From Octopus sinensis (lineage: Eukaryota): a stretch of DNA of 64,000 nucleotides. Position numbers and translations under genes: made by a program. Under the pieces are notes generated by a model. That model saw only the letters and a list, made by a program, of their open reading frames with translations. It was not told where the DNA came from and searched no databases. The stretch is taken from positions 141,422,001 to 141,486,000 of the forward strand of contig NC_042999.1 of the NCBI RefSeq assembly GCF_006345805.1, written 5' to 3'. Below, one piece after another: positions 1 through 12,100 of this stretch. Every line of letters starts with the position of its first letter. Within the stretch, counting starts at the first letter, position 1.

Positions 1-1454
1 TTTGATTCTTCAATAAGTCTGCGTAGGCATAGTATCTGGCTCAGCGTTGAGCGCCCATGTCTGAATCCATTTTGGTTCTTTCGGAGCAAAGGTTCAACAA
101 AAAGGACAAGACGATTTATGATCAGTTTGTTGTACAGTTTTGCAGCAATTGACATTAGAGATATACCCCTGTAGTTGGTGACAAGGGATAAATCGCCTTT
201 TTTGGGTATTGGAATGATTTGAGATTGGTGCCAAATCTTTGGAGCGACAAAGGTGGAAAGTGTGTGGTTGCAGAGGTTGAGCAAAAGTGTGTGAAATCTA
301 TCATCCTTCCAAATTACAGCTGGGATGTTGTCGGGACCAAATGCTTTCGAGGCTTTTAGTTGCTTGGTGGCTGCTGTTAGTTCAAATATGGTAAAAGGGG
401 AGGTGTTTATGTTCAGCGTGTCTGATATAGGCACACTTGGAAGAGTGGGGTTATCAGGGATTTTGGCATTCTTCCCAAGGAGGTTTTTAAAATGGGTTGA
501 CCAATTTTCTAAACGCTTCTTAGCTGATCCCCCTTTAATTCTAATTGATGACCCAGAATTTTTGCCTGATAGGTCTTTGATGGATTTCCAGACGAGATGA
601 TGTTTTTTACTAATGTGCTCTTTGGATAGTTTACTAATTTTGCCATTGATAAAGTCGACCTCGGCGTTCAAGTAAGCCTCATCAAGATTCTTCTTGGCAG
701 GTATGAGTTGGATCTTCAGTGACTGGGATGGAGAACGGTGGTAAGCTAGTGATATAGACTTTAGATGGTTTCTGGCTTCGATGACATTTGGAGAATTAGA
801 AGGTTTGCTCTGGCCCCTACTCTTCTTTTTGGGAAGAGTAGCCAGTGCAACTTCCTCTGTTGATTTGATGAGGCTGCTGTATACTTCTTCAATGTTCTCA
901 GCATCTATTTCAGAAGTAGACAGGGATTGAAATGTGTTATAGACCTCAATAGTAAATTGTTTGGACATATCGGGGTTAGATAAGACTTCCTCCCAGTCGA
1001 TCATTTTCATCGGGTGAGGCTTAGCTTTTTTGGATGAGCGAAGACTAAGCTTAACGGTAGCTGATACAATTCTGTGGTCAGAGCCAACAGAACTAAAGGA
1101 AGAGTAGGATCTCGAGTCTTTAACACTATTGCGCCATTTCTTTCGAAAGATGAGGTAGTCAATTTGTGCCCTATCATCAAGTGGGGACTCAAATGTCCAA
1201 AATTGACCTTTTGGTTTCATAAAAGAATTGTTGGAGGTGTAGAGATTAAATTCCTCCAAGAAGTCTTTGAGCATTTCTCCGTTCTGATTAGTTTTAGAGT
1301 TGAAAGTAAACTTGGTCTCATCGGGTCCTAGTCTAGCATTCAGATCACCAGCTATAACTAGAAAATTATGGAGAGGTACTTGCTCAATGGTTGAACGAAG
1401 GGTTGTATAAAAATTCTCAATCTCGTCTGCCACAGACGAATTATGTGGGCTATA
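1..1454 (-). mobile_element. Young non-LTR retrotransposon (APE-type LINE, RTE-like) ORF2, 5'-truncated, continuing beyond the window edge
   Basis: Hand translation gives ~484 stop-free codons: YSPHN, GDLNARLG, QIDYLIF, SDHRIV (endonuclease), then KAFGPDNIP, IIPIPKKGD, NYRGISLMSIAAKLYNK, RKNQNGFRHGRST (RT N-terminus). Confidence 0.93.
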
Positions 1455-1810
1455 GTCTACCTTTCACTCTGAGAGTCCTTTCGTTGCCAACAGAGGTAAT
1501 AGCTCTCCAAACTTCCTCCACCCAATTCTTATTCTAGAAACAATACCTTCAGAACATATTCCACTATTGCTAATTTGATCACCTACGTAACAGAAACTAT
1601 CTACAATCTTAAGAGAGCCTCCTGGGCATTTGAGAGAAGTTCCATGTGCCCTTAGTGCTTATTGTTCCTGCACATCTGCCACATACAAAGATGACTTTAT
1701 TTGTTAATCTACCTATGATTCCACTGCACCTCTTGTGTCCATAGTTTACACTGGGTGCAGCGAATGGAATTTCTTCCAACTCCTTTCCTGAGTCTGATGG
1801 CATGAACTGA
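1455..1810 (-). mobile_element. Older RTE LINE fragment (Cys-rich segment and RT C-terminal region)
   Basis: HKRCSGIIGRLTNKVIFVCGRCAG and IVDSFCYVGD...RIGWRKFGELLPLLATKG...RVKGRL; same family as 25587-26895. Confidence 0.85.
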
Positions 1811-2214
1811 TAGATTGGTATGTAACATCTTCAGGTATATCTTTTTCTCTGAAGAAATTATGCACTTAACATATAAATGCAAATTTAAAGCATAAATCTG
1901 TAATTTACCTTTTGGGCACTAATGTTTGTAAGAAGTAAAGATTACCAATTTGTTAATAATAAATAATTATTAACTTTCAACTCCCCATTTTCTTTCCTTC
2001 AATTAGCTGAACATGAATTACATGCTTAATATATACTTATTGATTTAAGGGAATTTTATCTCCCCAAAATACTAGGTACAGAACCATCCCTTTATGAGGT
2101 TAACATATCCTCTAAGCTAATTATATATATATATATATATATATATTGTTTGTAGAAATATATAAATCTGGAGAAGAAGCACACGTTAATATGTAGAGCA
2201 GTTAATATCATAGT

Positions 2215-3170
2215 GGGGTAGGCCGGTTTATGGAGTTACCCTGGGTTTTTCGCGCATAAGGGGTTTAGCCTTATGGCATATCTTCAGACACTGCTGGCCT
2301 GAAACTTCTTTAAAATATGGAGGGGGAAAAGCCTCATTTTTAAGGGCAAAACTAGGTGATTATTTTCCCTTTGCCATTGTCCCTCGATCTTCGGCCACGC
2401 TGCCATCTTGCAGTCACCAAAGCACCACGAAAGTAAATGATTGTCTCTCTTCAGCCTTGATTATTGGTTTCCAGCTCTGGTGCTGCCCTGCAGATTCCAA
2501 AAAAACTAGCAAGAATTTTCTAAAATGCAAGCAAGGTCTGAAAATCTCTGTCCTGGAGTTCAGGATGCCCCCTGGCATGAGCAAGTCTTTAAGGATCCTT
2601 ATGCGTTTGGCAATGCATAACCTGCACCGTTTCATCCCATTGATGCAGGGGCCTGAGTTCCTGAGTATTTTCCATGCAATCGAGTATGTAATCTCTTTGT
2701 CTCATAATTGCCAGATATGGTTGGCCAGTGATGTTACGTATCTCCTTTCCAGGACTCTGAAGGAAGACAGATGATTGGAAATACGCTGTTTGAGAGAGTT
2801 TCCAGTGCACCTCATGTACTTCTGTGATGACATTGCACCTGTTGCTGTTGTAGGTGCTATTGTTGCTACCATTGCTGCCGTTGGTGGTGTTGCTGCTGGA
2901 GTTGGGGCTGCTACTGTTGGCGTCGTTGGGGATGGTGTTGGTGCCGATCATATTCTTGTCCCTGCGTGTGTTGCCTGTGGTGCAGTCGTTGTTGTTGGCG
3001 TTGCTGCTGTTGTCGCTGCCGCCGGTGTTGCTGTTGTTACTGATGGAGTTGGGGCTGCTGGTATTGTTGCTGGTGATGGTGGATGATGTATTTAAGGAAA
3101 CGTTTTTGGGCTGGTTTGGTCCAAACTGAGACATTTCATTTGCTGATAACTTTAATATTTTTTGAGCTCA
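2215..3170 (-). mobile_element. Penelope-like element remnant (GIY-YIG endonuclease half plus low-complexity linker)
   Basis: KYMRCTGNSLKQRISNHLSSFR...LANHIWQL*DKEITYSIAWKIL...KRCRLCIAKRIRIL...LNSRTEIFRPCLHFRKFLL fits the PLE endonuclease pattern; two in-frame TGA stops; GC/CpG-rich relative to surroundings. Confidence 0.8.
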
Positions 3171-3199
3171 TACGATATCGTATAATTTGAAATAAGAAA

Positions 3200-5900
3200 A
3201 TGGGATAAGCAAGGGGAAAAAAAGTTAATTCAATTATATATGTTACGTGGTGGCAGGGAGTATATATACTTTCACAATATATAAATAAATTCTTGGCCAA
3301 ATCTTTCAATTTCGCGCCTTGAATAATTAAAAAAAAACATGTTTACTAATAAATATAGTTTACCATAATTCTGCATAAAGTTCCAGTTCATTAATAATCT
3401 TAACATGTTTCGGACAGTAACGAAAATTTTTCATTACTTAGTCTTACAGAGCAAATTTTAAAAAATTCATGTTTTTTGTGCCTTTATTTTGTTTATTTCA
3501 TCGAAGGTTACTGGGGTGTTCATGTAATACGTGATGTGACAGCACCGCACAAAGGCAATTCTGTCTATCTATCAACTTTGGTGTGGCAGAAACTGAATCT
3601 GGCAACTTCAGGATAGTATTCTCTTCATAAGATATCAAATTGAACAGCAGAAGTAAATAAATAACCAAAGATTCTTTTAAAATAGTTCATCTAAAAACAT
3701 ATTTGCACTATTTTTATTTAACATATTTTCACTACTTTTTATTAAATAAACGTCTGTATAGATTAATGCAAAGCAGTGTAGAAAACTCTATCACAAAATA
3801 CCAAGCATGATTTTCTATTTCCATAAACTGTTTTATCTCCGCAGTTTTGTTGATCTTTTTTAAAAATATCTTTGTATGGAATTGTCATGCCCAAACAGTT
3901 GTTGGCAAAACCTTAGATAGCAATGAAATGCAATAGGAATGGAGTTTTAAGTTTTTAACCATTATTTCGAATCTTTTGTGGTGAACTGTGTTTTCATTAT
4001 TTATTAAATCATTAATTAGAATAAACATAAATACAAGAAATATTGCATAGACAATATTTCATTAGAAATATATAATCAGAACACAAGTTTTGATACACAT
4101 CACAAGTTTATTTCTCCCAAATCACTCAAAGAAACGGTGACAACTGATGCGGAACACAGTTTGAAAAACCCCGACTTACCTTACAAATAAGTTTAAGTTA
4201 GACAATCAATTATGGCAGTAAGGAGCATCCGTATATATTTAAAACCAATCGTCAATAGACCGCTTCAGCTGAGGGTTAATCTCGTAACTCTCAACTGTTA
4301 ATAAATTTACGAAAGCAATATTTTTGTTAAGAACAATATTTACACAATGCAAATGTCAAATAAGCCCTAATCAAAAATAACATATGTATATATATTAAAC
4401 ACGACGAAAACTTATTAAATATTGTTAATGATAAAGGACGACACCATGCTTCTAAAGAAAGGTAACTCTAGCACTATTTCAGTCCAGCTTTGGACAAGAC
4501 TGGTTTGGCCTGCGTGTGCGTGCGGGACCAACTTGGATATGCAGATGCCATCTGACAAGTGGCTTACTGTTTGTTGTTCCTGAAGGTCACCTTCTTTCCT
4601 TCTCTTTGCAGATAGTTGAAGTCATTGAAAAAGTAACGTTTTCTTCAATGTTTTAAGTTATTCGTTTCTCTGGTAAATACCCCTGAACACTTATCGTTTT
4701 GGATTTTTATTGCATTTCTTCATTCTTGAATTGAAATTATGATTGATTGATCCCAGCATACTAACTTGTCTTAACGATGCTGATTGATTGATTGCATTAT
4801 CGTATCTGTCAGTATTTGTGATTTAAGTTTTGAAGTTAAAGAGGGGTAGAATAAAAAGAAAAGAGGAAATCATAAAACCAACGTTTCAGGTGCTAAGTTC
4901 TTGTCTATGGAATATAGATATTCAGGCGCATTCAAAACAGACATTGTATATGGCTTCTTGCACCTATTAGCTAATCTTGTTATACCAATTGACCATATTA
5001 CATAGGAAATATTAACAAAACTTTGTAATAGTGTAATGACTATTACATAAATAGAATGTCTATTTTACTATTTCGATAGTCAGGTCAGCTGACTCCTTCC
5101 AAACACGGACTTGATTTTTTCATGTTTTTTTTTCTTTGAATTTTAATTCTGTTTATAGCCAGCAGTGACTACTTCAGTTAGTGGCAATTTTTATCTTAAT
5201 ATAATTTATTTTTGGGAGATTGAGAGAAAGATAGTAAATAAGTGTGCTTGACTTGAAGATAAAGATGGGGAATACAACATCTGGTAAACGACACAATTCT
5301 GGGGACGATGCCGGACCTACGATAACAGCAAACCGACTAGGGGATATTTCTCTCGAAGATGACTTCGCACCAAGCCTCTTCAAGGTAAGCTGAAATTTTA
5401 AATTTCTACGTATAGTAATGAGAATAATTATTACTCTTATTTTTGTTTGTGTATTTATTTAGGTGTAGAATTTGACTCTCTACACCTGTCCTGCTTTTTC
5501 AGCGCGGCTGAAGCGTGGGCATGTTTTGTCCACCCAGCCTTTTGCCTGTTTCTCTTAACTTAATGATTTACATTGACTGTTCACAAAACATATTTTAATA
5601 TTTACTTCTTAGCGCGGCTGTTTGTGACGTATGCGAGTACAAATACAATATATTAACTTTATAAATTTATTGTATATATGTATGCTTGTTTATCTGTGCA
5701 CGTATGTGTGTGTGTGTAATGAGTGTTTATTACCTTTTTGTACAATATACATTATGCGTAACTATAATTATTTCGACACGTTCTAGTGTCTTAATACTTG
5801 TTTCCTCTCTTGATATATATTTAGCCCAAAAGTGTGTATATGTGTGTGCATGCATATATATATATATATATATATATAGATTTCGTATGTTTGTATATTT
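3200..5900. promoter_or_regulatory. CpG-retaining promoter/5' region of AMPK beta
   Basis: CpG is visibly frequent around exon 1 and scarce in the introns downstream. A pyrimidine tract + TAG acceptor at 5157-5158 upstream of the ATG implies a non-coding first exon further 5'. Confidence 0.5.
5265..5384 (+). CDS. PRKAB1: AMPK beta coding exon 1
   Basis: MGNTTSGKRHNSGDDAGPTITANRLGDISLEDDFAPSLFK; MGxxxS myristoylation motif (MGNTTS as in human beta2); donor AAG|GTAAGC, phase 0. Confidence 0.9.
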
Positions 5901-7558
5901 TTTATGTTTCTTCCTGTATGATAGTTCTTGTTTACACTGCTAAATTTTTATTTACTCTTTTCTTTAATAAATTTTATTATGAAATGTCTCCCGTTTGTAT
6001 TATGAGTAGTTTCACTGGAATGTCTGTTTATTGTAAACAAACCTTGTCGTTCCTGCACCAGCACACGTACACAGCCCACTCTCTGTTGCAAATTAAGAGG
6101 AAAACAACAAAACTAAATCATTATTTATTTCGTCAACATTTTCTCGGTCAAGTTTTCAATGACTGTGTGAATGTGAGGCCATAAAATTCCTTTGTATCGA
6201 TATAATTGTCTTTGAATTATAGAGAGTAATCAAAAGTTGTGATAGCTATGCATTTCATAAGAATATTAGAGACGTAAATTAGTTTTAAATTGAAATCAAA
6301 ACCTTGTGTTTTCGACTTTAACAGATATATAATTTACTTATTTTATTCTTTCACATACACACTGGATTGGGGTTCGTAGAGGTGGAGAGTAATGAGACTG
6401 AATGTCGTTGATGCCCTTAAAAACATATGTAACTTAAATGTAACTGATGAGAAATACAAAGTCAGCTTAAATGCAGTGGGGGGGGGGGTTGTCTCCTCAA
6501 TAAAGCACTTCTCAGTTCACCTTTATTTTATTAACTACCACTTAATTAGGCTTGTTCGGCCCTCTTCCTCGTGCAATTTTTAGTAATATCTTGTAAATAT
6601 CAAATCGAGGAAAAAAATAAATGTTGCAAATTTTTCAGTCCTTGCATTTTTTTTTCTTTGCTTCTTAAGTTCAGCTTTTTAAACAAACACCCAAATTTCA
6701 GTCAAGTTTGCATGTCAAATATCGGTTCACATATTATTGTTGATTTTAAATTTTGGCGATCTTCATAATTTAATTACTGTAACAATGCACGGGCCCACAA
6801 CACATCAATAATGGTTTAAAATCAATACTCGCTTTGTGCTTCATTTATCTTGTTCAAGTGATAAATATTGATTTCTTTTTGACTAGGTACATGAACAATT
6901 TTGTAGACAAGATGTATTATAGTCAAATTTTTAACGTAGTAGTACATTGCTGCTACTTTATCACGAATTTCCCCCTATGAGATTTCAATTCAGAAATGAA
7001 TGTTAAAACAGTTACAAATTTACAAGGAAAACAAATGAAATTGTGATAGTTATACATGTTTGACTGTCATAACTGAAATGATTTGGCTTTAAGAGATTTT
7101 AAACTGGATCTAAGATTTGCTTAATCCCATCTGGTTGTCCATTTATACAGTCAGTTTTTGCTAACCCTTTAATTCTTTCTGCACTGAAACATTTTATACA
7201 TGGCAGAATGTGTACAAGAATATCACTTTCAAATGATGCTTGAGCAGAGTTCAAGCCCCAAAAGAAATTTATCATCTGTTCATTTTAAACTATTGTTTCA
7301 AATTGACTCCTGGTTTAATTTTCAGTTTTGCGCCTTTATGGCTTTAATCAAATTTATTATTTATTTTTCTTGCTTGGACATACAGTTCGAGGGATTTCTT
7401 TATTTTGTCCAGAATTCTAATTTAAGAGAAAAATACATTAAGAAGAGTTATTTAAACGTATATTTAATGAATCCTATATAATGTAACAAAATAGTCAGTT
7501 GAACCTATTTGTATTAAAAGTTTTGATTGTAGTTAGAGCCTTCCTGATTCTAAACTTA

Positions 7559-8560
7559 CAGGAGTCGGACAAAATAGTGGAAACGTTTTGTTATTAGTGT
7601 GAAGTTCATCCACCTTCGGCATCACTCACAGCTTTTGTGTGAACTAAATTGACTTGTACAGATTCTGAAAGGTTGTTAGGGTTAATTTTGAGCCACTCTT
7701 CAAGTCAAACCTGCGTTAGCTCTTTCAATGATGGTAGTGAAGGAAAGCAGCTCTTCACTTACTGCTCCAAAATGCACCATAAACATATTGTGAGGTCTAG
7801 TGATTGTTGGGGCCAATCTAAGTGGTCTGTTTCACTTTTGTGCTCTTTGTACTAATTCTGAATAACATTGGTCATGTAATTTGGTACATCATCATAGAAG
7901 ATTGTGCTATCATCTAAGAACAAAGTTTATACATGATTGCCAAAATACTCTGATAATCTTTGCTGCTAACTCTATCATATAGAACAACAAAAGAGCCAAG
8001 AGAATATTGATATGGCTTCCCAAATCATCAGAGACAACTCCATGCTTCATAGTAGGTGCCAAACAGTTGGGGTTGAGGGGTCGTTTGGGCTGTCCCCAGA
8101 CATAAACTTGCCCCAAAGTGAGGAAAAAGAAAATGAATGAGAATTCATCAGAGAGATGACAGTGTTCCATTGAGTCATTAACCACATCAGTTAGTCTAGA
8201 TATAATTTTTTCTATTTGTCAATGTTGATGGAAGTAGGAGAGGTTTAGCAATTGCAGCCCTCCTATGGTATTCCATTTTATGAAGCTCACAATGAATGGT
8301 TTTGGTTGAGACAGGTTGGCAGTGTAGTGGTTTAACTCTGCTGTCACTTTTACTACTGTTGTTAAATGGTTTTCAGATACCATATGTTTCATTATTCTTT
8401 TGTCTGTGAGCTTTGCTTTCCATCCAGAATTACAGTTGCCAGAGCTGTTTTTACTTTGGTTTTGGAATGCCAACATTATATTAAACACTGCAGTTCTTGG
8501 GACATTAAATAATTCAACAGTTTTGTGACTGAAGCTTCAGCCATCTGTGCTCCAACAGTT
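7559..8560 (-). mobile_element. Degenerate Tc1-family DNA transposon
   Basis: TA|CAGGAGTCGGACAAAATAGTGGAAAC terminal-repeat-like end; transposase pieces KLTDKRIMKHMVSENHLTTVVKVTAELN and NPNCLAPTMKHG. Confidence 0.8.
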
Positions 8561-9089
8561 TGTACACTTTAGAAATTAGATAGGCCTGATGAAGATGCAT
8601 TTGAACTTATTTAAATATAAATATTTTCAAAAAAGAAAAACGGAGGGCTATAGTAAAGAAGTACAAGGCATACATAATGCATATAGACACATATTGGCTT
8701 CAGATTTTAGTACAAGTTCAGCAATTTTTGGGAAGTGGGTAAGTCAGTTACATCAGCCTCAGTATGCAACTGGTATATATTTTATTGGCCTCAAAAGGAT
8801 GAAAGGTAAAGTTGACCTCAGTGGAATTTGAACTCAGAACATAAAGCTGGGCAAAATGCCACTAAACATTTTGCCCAGCATACTAATGATTCTGCCAGCT
8901 CACTGCCTTAATATGAACACATATATTGAGACTAGAACAATTCTGAATTTGTCATATTGCCAATAGAAAAAATGGTTAAATATAAAGTGATAATTTCCCT
9001 TATTTTGTGCAATCTCTCTCATACACACACGCATATATATATATAGTGCTCATGTCCTCCACTTTACCGAAGGATTCTGAATTCTAAAC

Positions 9090-9500
9090 TATGAGACACA
9101 GGCTTGCAAAGTATATCATCCAACTTGCTGTCATTTATGCCAACAGTATTTCTCTAGTGATATCTTTAGTATCAGAAGCATGCTGTTAAGAATTTGGTGC
9201 AGATGGGTAGAACATGTTTGAATGAAAGATGACTGCATTCTGAAAATTCTTTTGTCTGGTCAACAAGTAGAGGGATACTGCAGTAAATGAGGCCCATCAT
9301 TAGGTATAAGGATAAGTTGAAGCAATCACTAAAGTCTCTACAGCTTAATTTGACATCTTGGGAAAGTCATTGCCTTGACTGATCATCATGGTGTAAAATG
9401 TGTCATGATACATCAAAACAATTTGAGTTGAGGAAACAGAACGGTAAAAGAACTATCCTGCAATCAAGACACATTTGCCCAATCCTAGGCAAAATCAAAA
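9090..9500 (+). mobile_element. RTE-BovB-like LINE 3' fragment
   Basis: Degenerate W.EHV.MKDDCILKILL.GQQVEG...YKDKLKQSLKSL...WE pattern with frameshifts. Confidence 0.55.
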
Positions 9501-10404
9501 TCCTCATTGTCCCTTCACAGCAAAATTTACTTAAATTATACTCACATATCCATCACAAATAGATGCAGCTTCTTTTTTTGTCTTTTTCTCACTTTTTTTT
9601 TCTCTTTAAATCATCTTCTCCAAACATTCATACTTCAAAATTGATGAGTGACCATAATTTTTCTAGTAATTAAATTTTTTTGTTCTTAGTTATCACCTCT
9701 GTTTTTAAAGTTTTGTTAGCCTTGAGATAACACTTTAATAGTTACAGTTCTTTTGATTTATTGGTTGAATAATCACTAAAAATATCAGTATAAATACAGA
9801 TTAACTAAAAATATATTAGTTGTTCAAAATATTAATCTCGAACAAAATTTAAGAAATTTATCTGCTCTTAACTTTTCACAATTTATTAAATCCTTAAATC
9901 CTTAAAAATGTTTTAGCCTGAAGGCCACGGCCATGCTGGGGCACCGACTTCCATCTTAGGTACAATGTGTTTGTGTGTGCATGCGCATGTGCACGCTAAA
10001 GGGAGATAGAATAATTATCACAACCTCATTAAAATGTTGAGTTTACTTCATCAATCTTCTTGGAAGTGGAAAATATTGCCTAAGCTTGTGAGATTTGAAT
10101 TCAGAAGTATGTGAAAAATATGTCATTAAACAGATGGTGCAGAGGAATGGAGTTGGTGCTGATAAGTGTTCATGGCAACAAATATCTTGAATTGCACTAT
10201 GGAAAGCTTACCCTAGCTTTTGATGAGCCTTTATATGACCTTACTGAATAATCTGAGCAGAGAGGAAGTAAAAAAAGATGAGTTAGTTATTCCATGTTTA
10301 TAATTTTTTTCACTGCATTTCATTGTCAGTAATGACTTGTAGATATAAAGCTTCATGTCCTTATCAGCATTACTAACTTGTGTAAAAGAGTATTTAGTTG
10401 CAGA

Positions 10405-10700
10405 ATATATATGTGTGTGAAGGTGCTTGGCTCAGTGGTTATAGCATCGAGCTTACAATCATGAGGTTGTGAGTTTGATTCCTGGACTGGACTGTACTGC
10501 ATGTTGTGTTCTTGAGCAAGACACTTTATTTCACGTTGCTCCAGTTCACTGAGCTGTTGAAATGAGTTGCGATGTCACTGGTGCCAAGCTGTATCAGCCT
10601 TTACCTTTCCCTTGGAAAACATTGGTAGCATGGAGAGGGGAGACTGGTATGCATGGATGACAAGTGGTCTTCCATAAACAACTTTGCCTGGACTTGAAGG
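10405..10700 (+). mobile_element. tRNA-derived SINE
   Basis: A-box-like TGGCTCAGTGG and B-box-like GAGTTTGATTCC, then the central GAGCAAGACACTT...GCTCCAGTTCAC segment and a (TA)n tail. Confidence 0.75.
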
Positions 10701-11124
10701 AAGGGAGTCACCTATATATATATATATATATATATAATGGTTGTGGTTGATGCCAGTGTTGCATAACTGGCACCTGTGCTAGTGGCACGTAAAAAGCACT
10801 CTTCCAACTTTGGACCAGCTGAGATTGCAGTTGTGGCTGATGCCAATACAATGTACTCAACCCAAGGTTGTGGCTATCTCCACTCTTGAATTAGTCTCAA
10901 GGAAGATTGAAATTCCGGTGGTGTAGGAAATCCGGTAGATCCCAACACTGGTAAATCCAAGAATTAACCGTTTGATGCAAGTCCGAAGTGTCATTCTAAT
11001 GTATAAAACTACAAATATTATGTAACTTTACATCTGTCAAGGATGTTGTGAAAGACCTAATGAAATAGTTGTTTGTTTCAGAACTTTACTTTGATACTTT
11101 TTTTTTACTTTAATTTTTATTATC

Positions 11125-12100
11125 ATCATCATTTAGCATCTGTTGTCCATACTGGCATGAGCTGGATGGTTTGACTAGGGCTGGCAAGCTGGAAGGCTGC
11201 ACCAAGTTCCAATCTGATTTGGCATGGTTTCTATGACTGGATGCCATTCCTAAAGCCAATCACTCTGAGAGTGTAATGGGTACTTCTATGTGCCACCAGC
11301 ACAAGTGCTATTTGCATGACACTAGTATCTGCCATGACTGATTTTACTTGGCTTGATGAGTCTTCTTTTCAAGCACGACATAATGCCAAAGGTCTTGGTC
11401 ATTTCTTCCATGAGGTCCAATATTTGAAAGGTGCTTTTTGTATGCCACCGGCATGGGTACCAGTTACATGACACCAGCATCAGCCACTACTATAATTTCA
11501 CTTGGCTTGGTGGGTCTTCTCAAGCACATCAGCAAAGTTCTTGGCCGCTAATCATTGCTTCTATGAGACCCAAAGTTTGAAGATCATGCTTCCACCACCT
11601 TGTCCCACGTCTTCCTGGGTCTACCTCTACCACAGGTTCCCTCCACAGTTAGAGATCAGCATTTCTTTACACAGTTGTCCTCGTCCATATGCATCACATG
11701 ACCATACCAGCACAGTTGTCTCTCTTGCATACCACATCTGATGCCTCTTATACCCAACTTTTCTCTCAAGATGCTTAAACTCTGTTGAACTTGTACACTG
11801 ACATTGCACATCCAGCAAAGCATTCTGGTTTCATTTCTTCCTAGCCTACGCATGTTCTTGGCTGTCATAACCCATGTTTCACTGCTGTGTAGCATAGCTG
11901 TTTGCACACAGGCATCAAACAATCTGCCTTTCACTCTGAGAGAGAGAGAGAGAGAGAGAGAGACCCGTTGTTGCCAGCAGAAGTAGGAGCCCTCTGAACT
12001 TTGCTCAGCCTAATCTTATTCTTCCAGCTATGCTATCGAAGCATCCAGCTCTGCTACTAACTTAGTCACCCAGATAATAGAAGCTATCTTCTACCTCTGG
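11125..12100 (-). mobile_element. RTE LINE 3' fragment with 3' UTR/tail
   Basis: MKGRLFDACVQTAMLHSSETW...LREKLGIRGI...WYGHVMHMDEDNCVKKC, interrupted by (AG)n at 11937-11962; (CAT)n end. Confidence 0.88.

Noticed and set aside
325-1331. ORF-track ORFs 325-600, 1007-1192 and 1074-1331
   Set aside because: Antisense or off-frame shadows of the LINE ORF2.
2640-2950. In-frame TGA codons in the PLE frame as selenocysteine, as in Naiad-type PLE selenoproteins
   Set aside because: Both TGAs (TRI*SAP, WQL*DK) fall at non-Cys positions while the Cys codons are ordinary TGC; CGA to TGA decay is simpler, and no SECIS was recognised.
2775-3129. Hydrophobic Val/Ala/Gly and Leu-rich ORFs on the + strand
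   Set aside because: Antisense shadows of the triplet low-complexity tract in the PLE.
4563-4680. Minus-strand exon of a divergent gene (GTAAGC donor at 4567)
   Set aside because: All frames close upstream and there is no recognisable product; could be non-coding but is unsupported.
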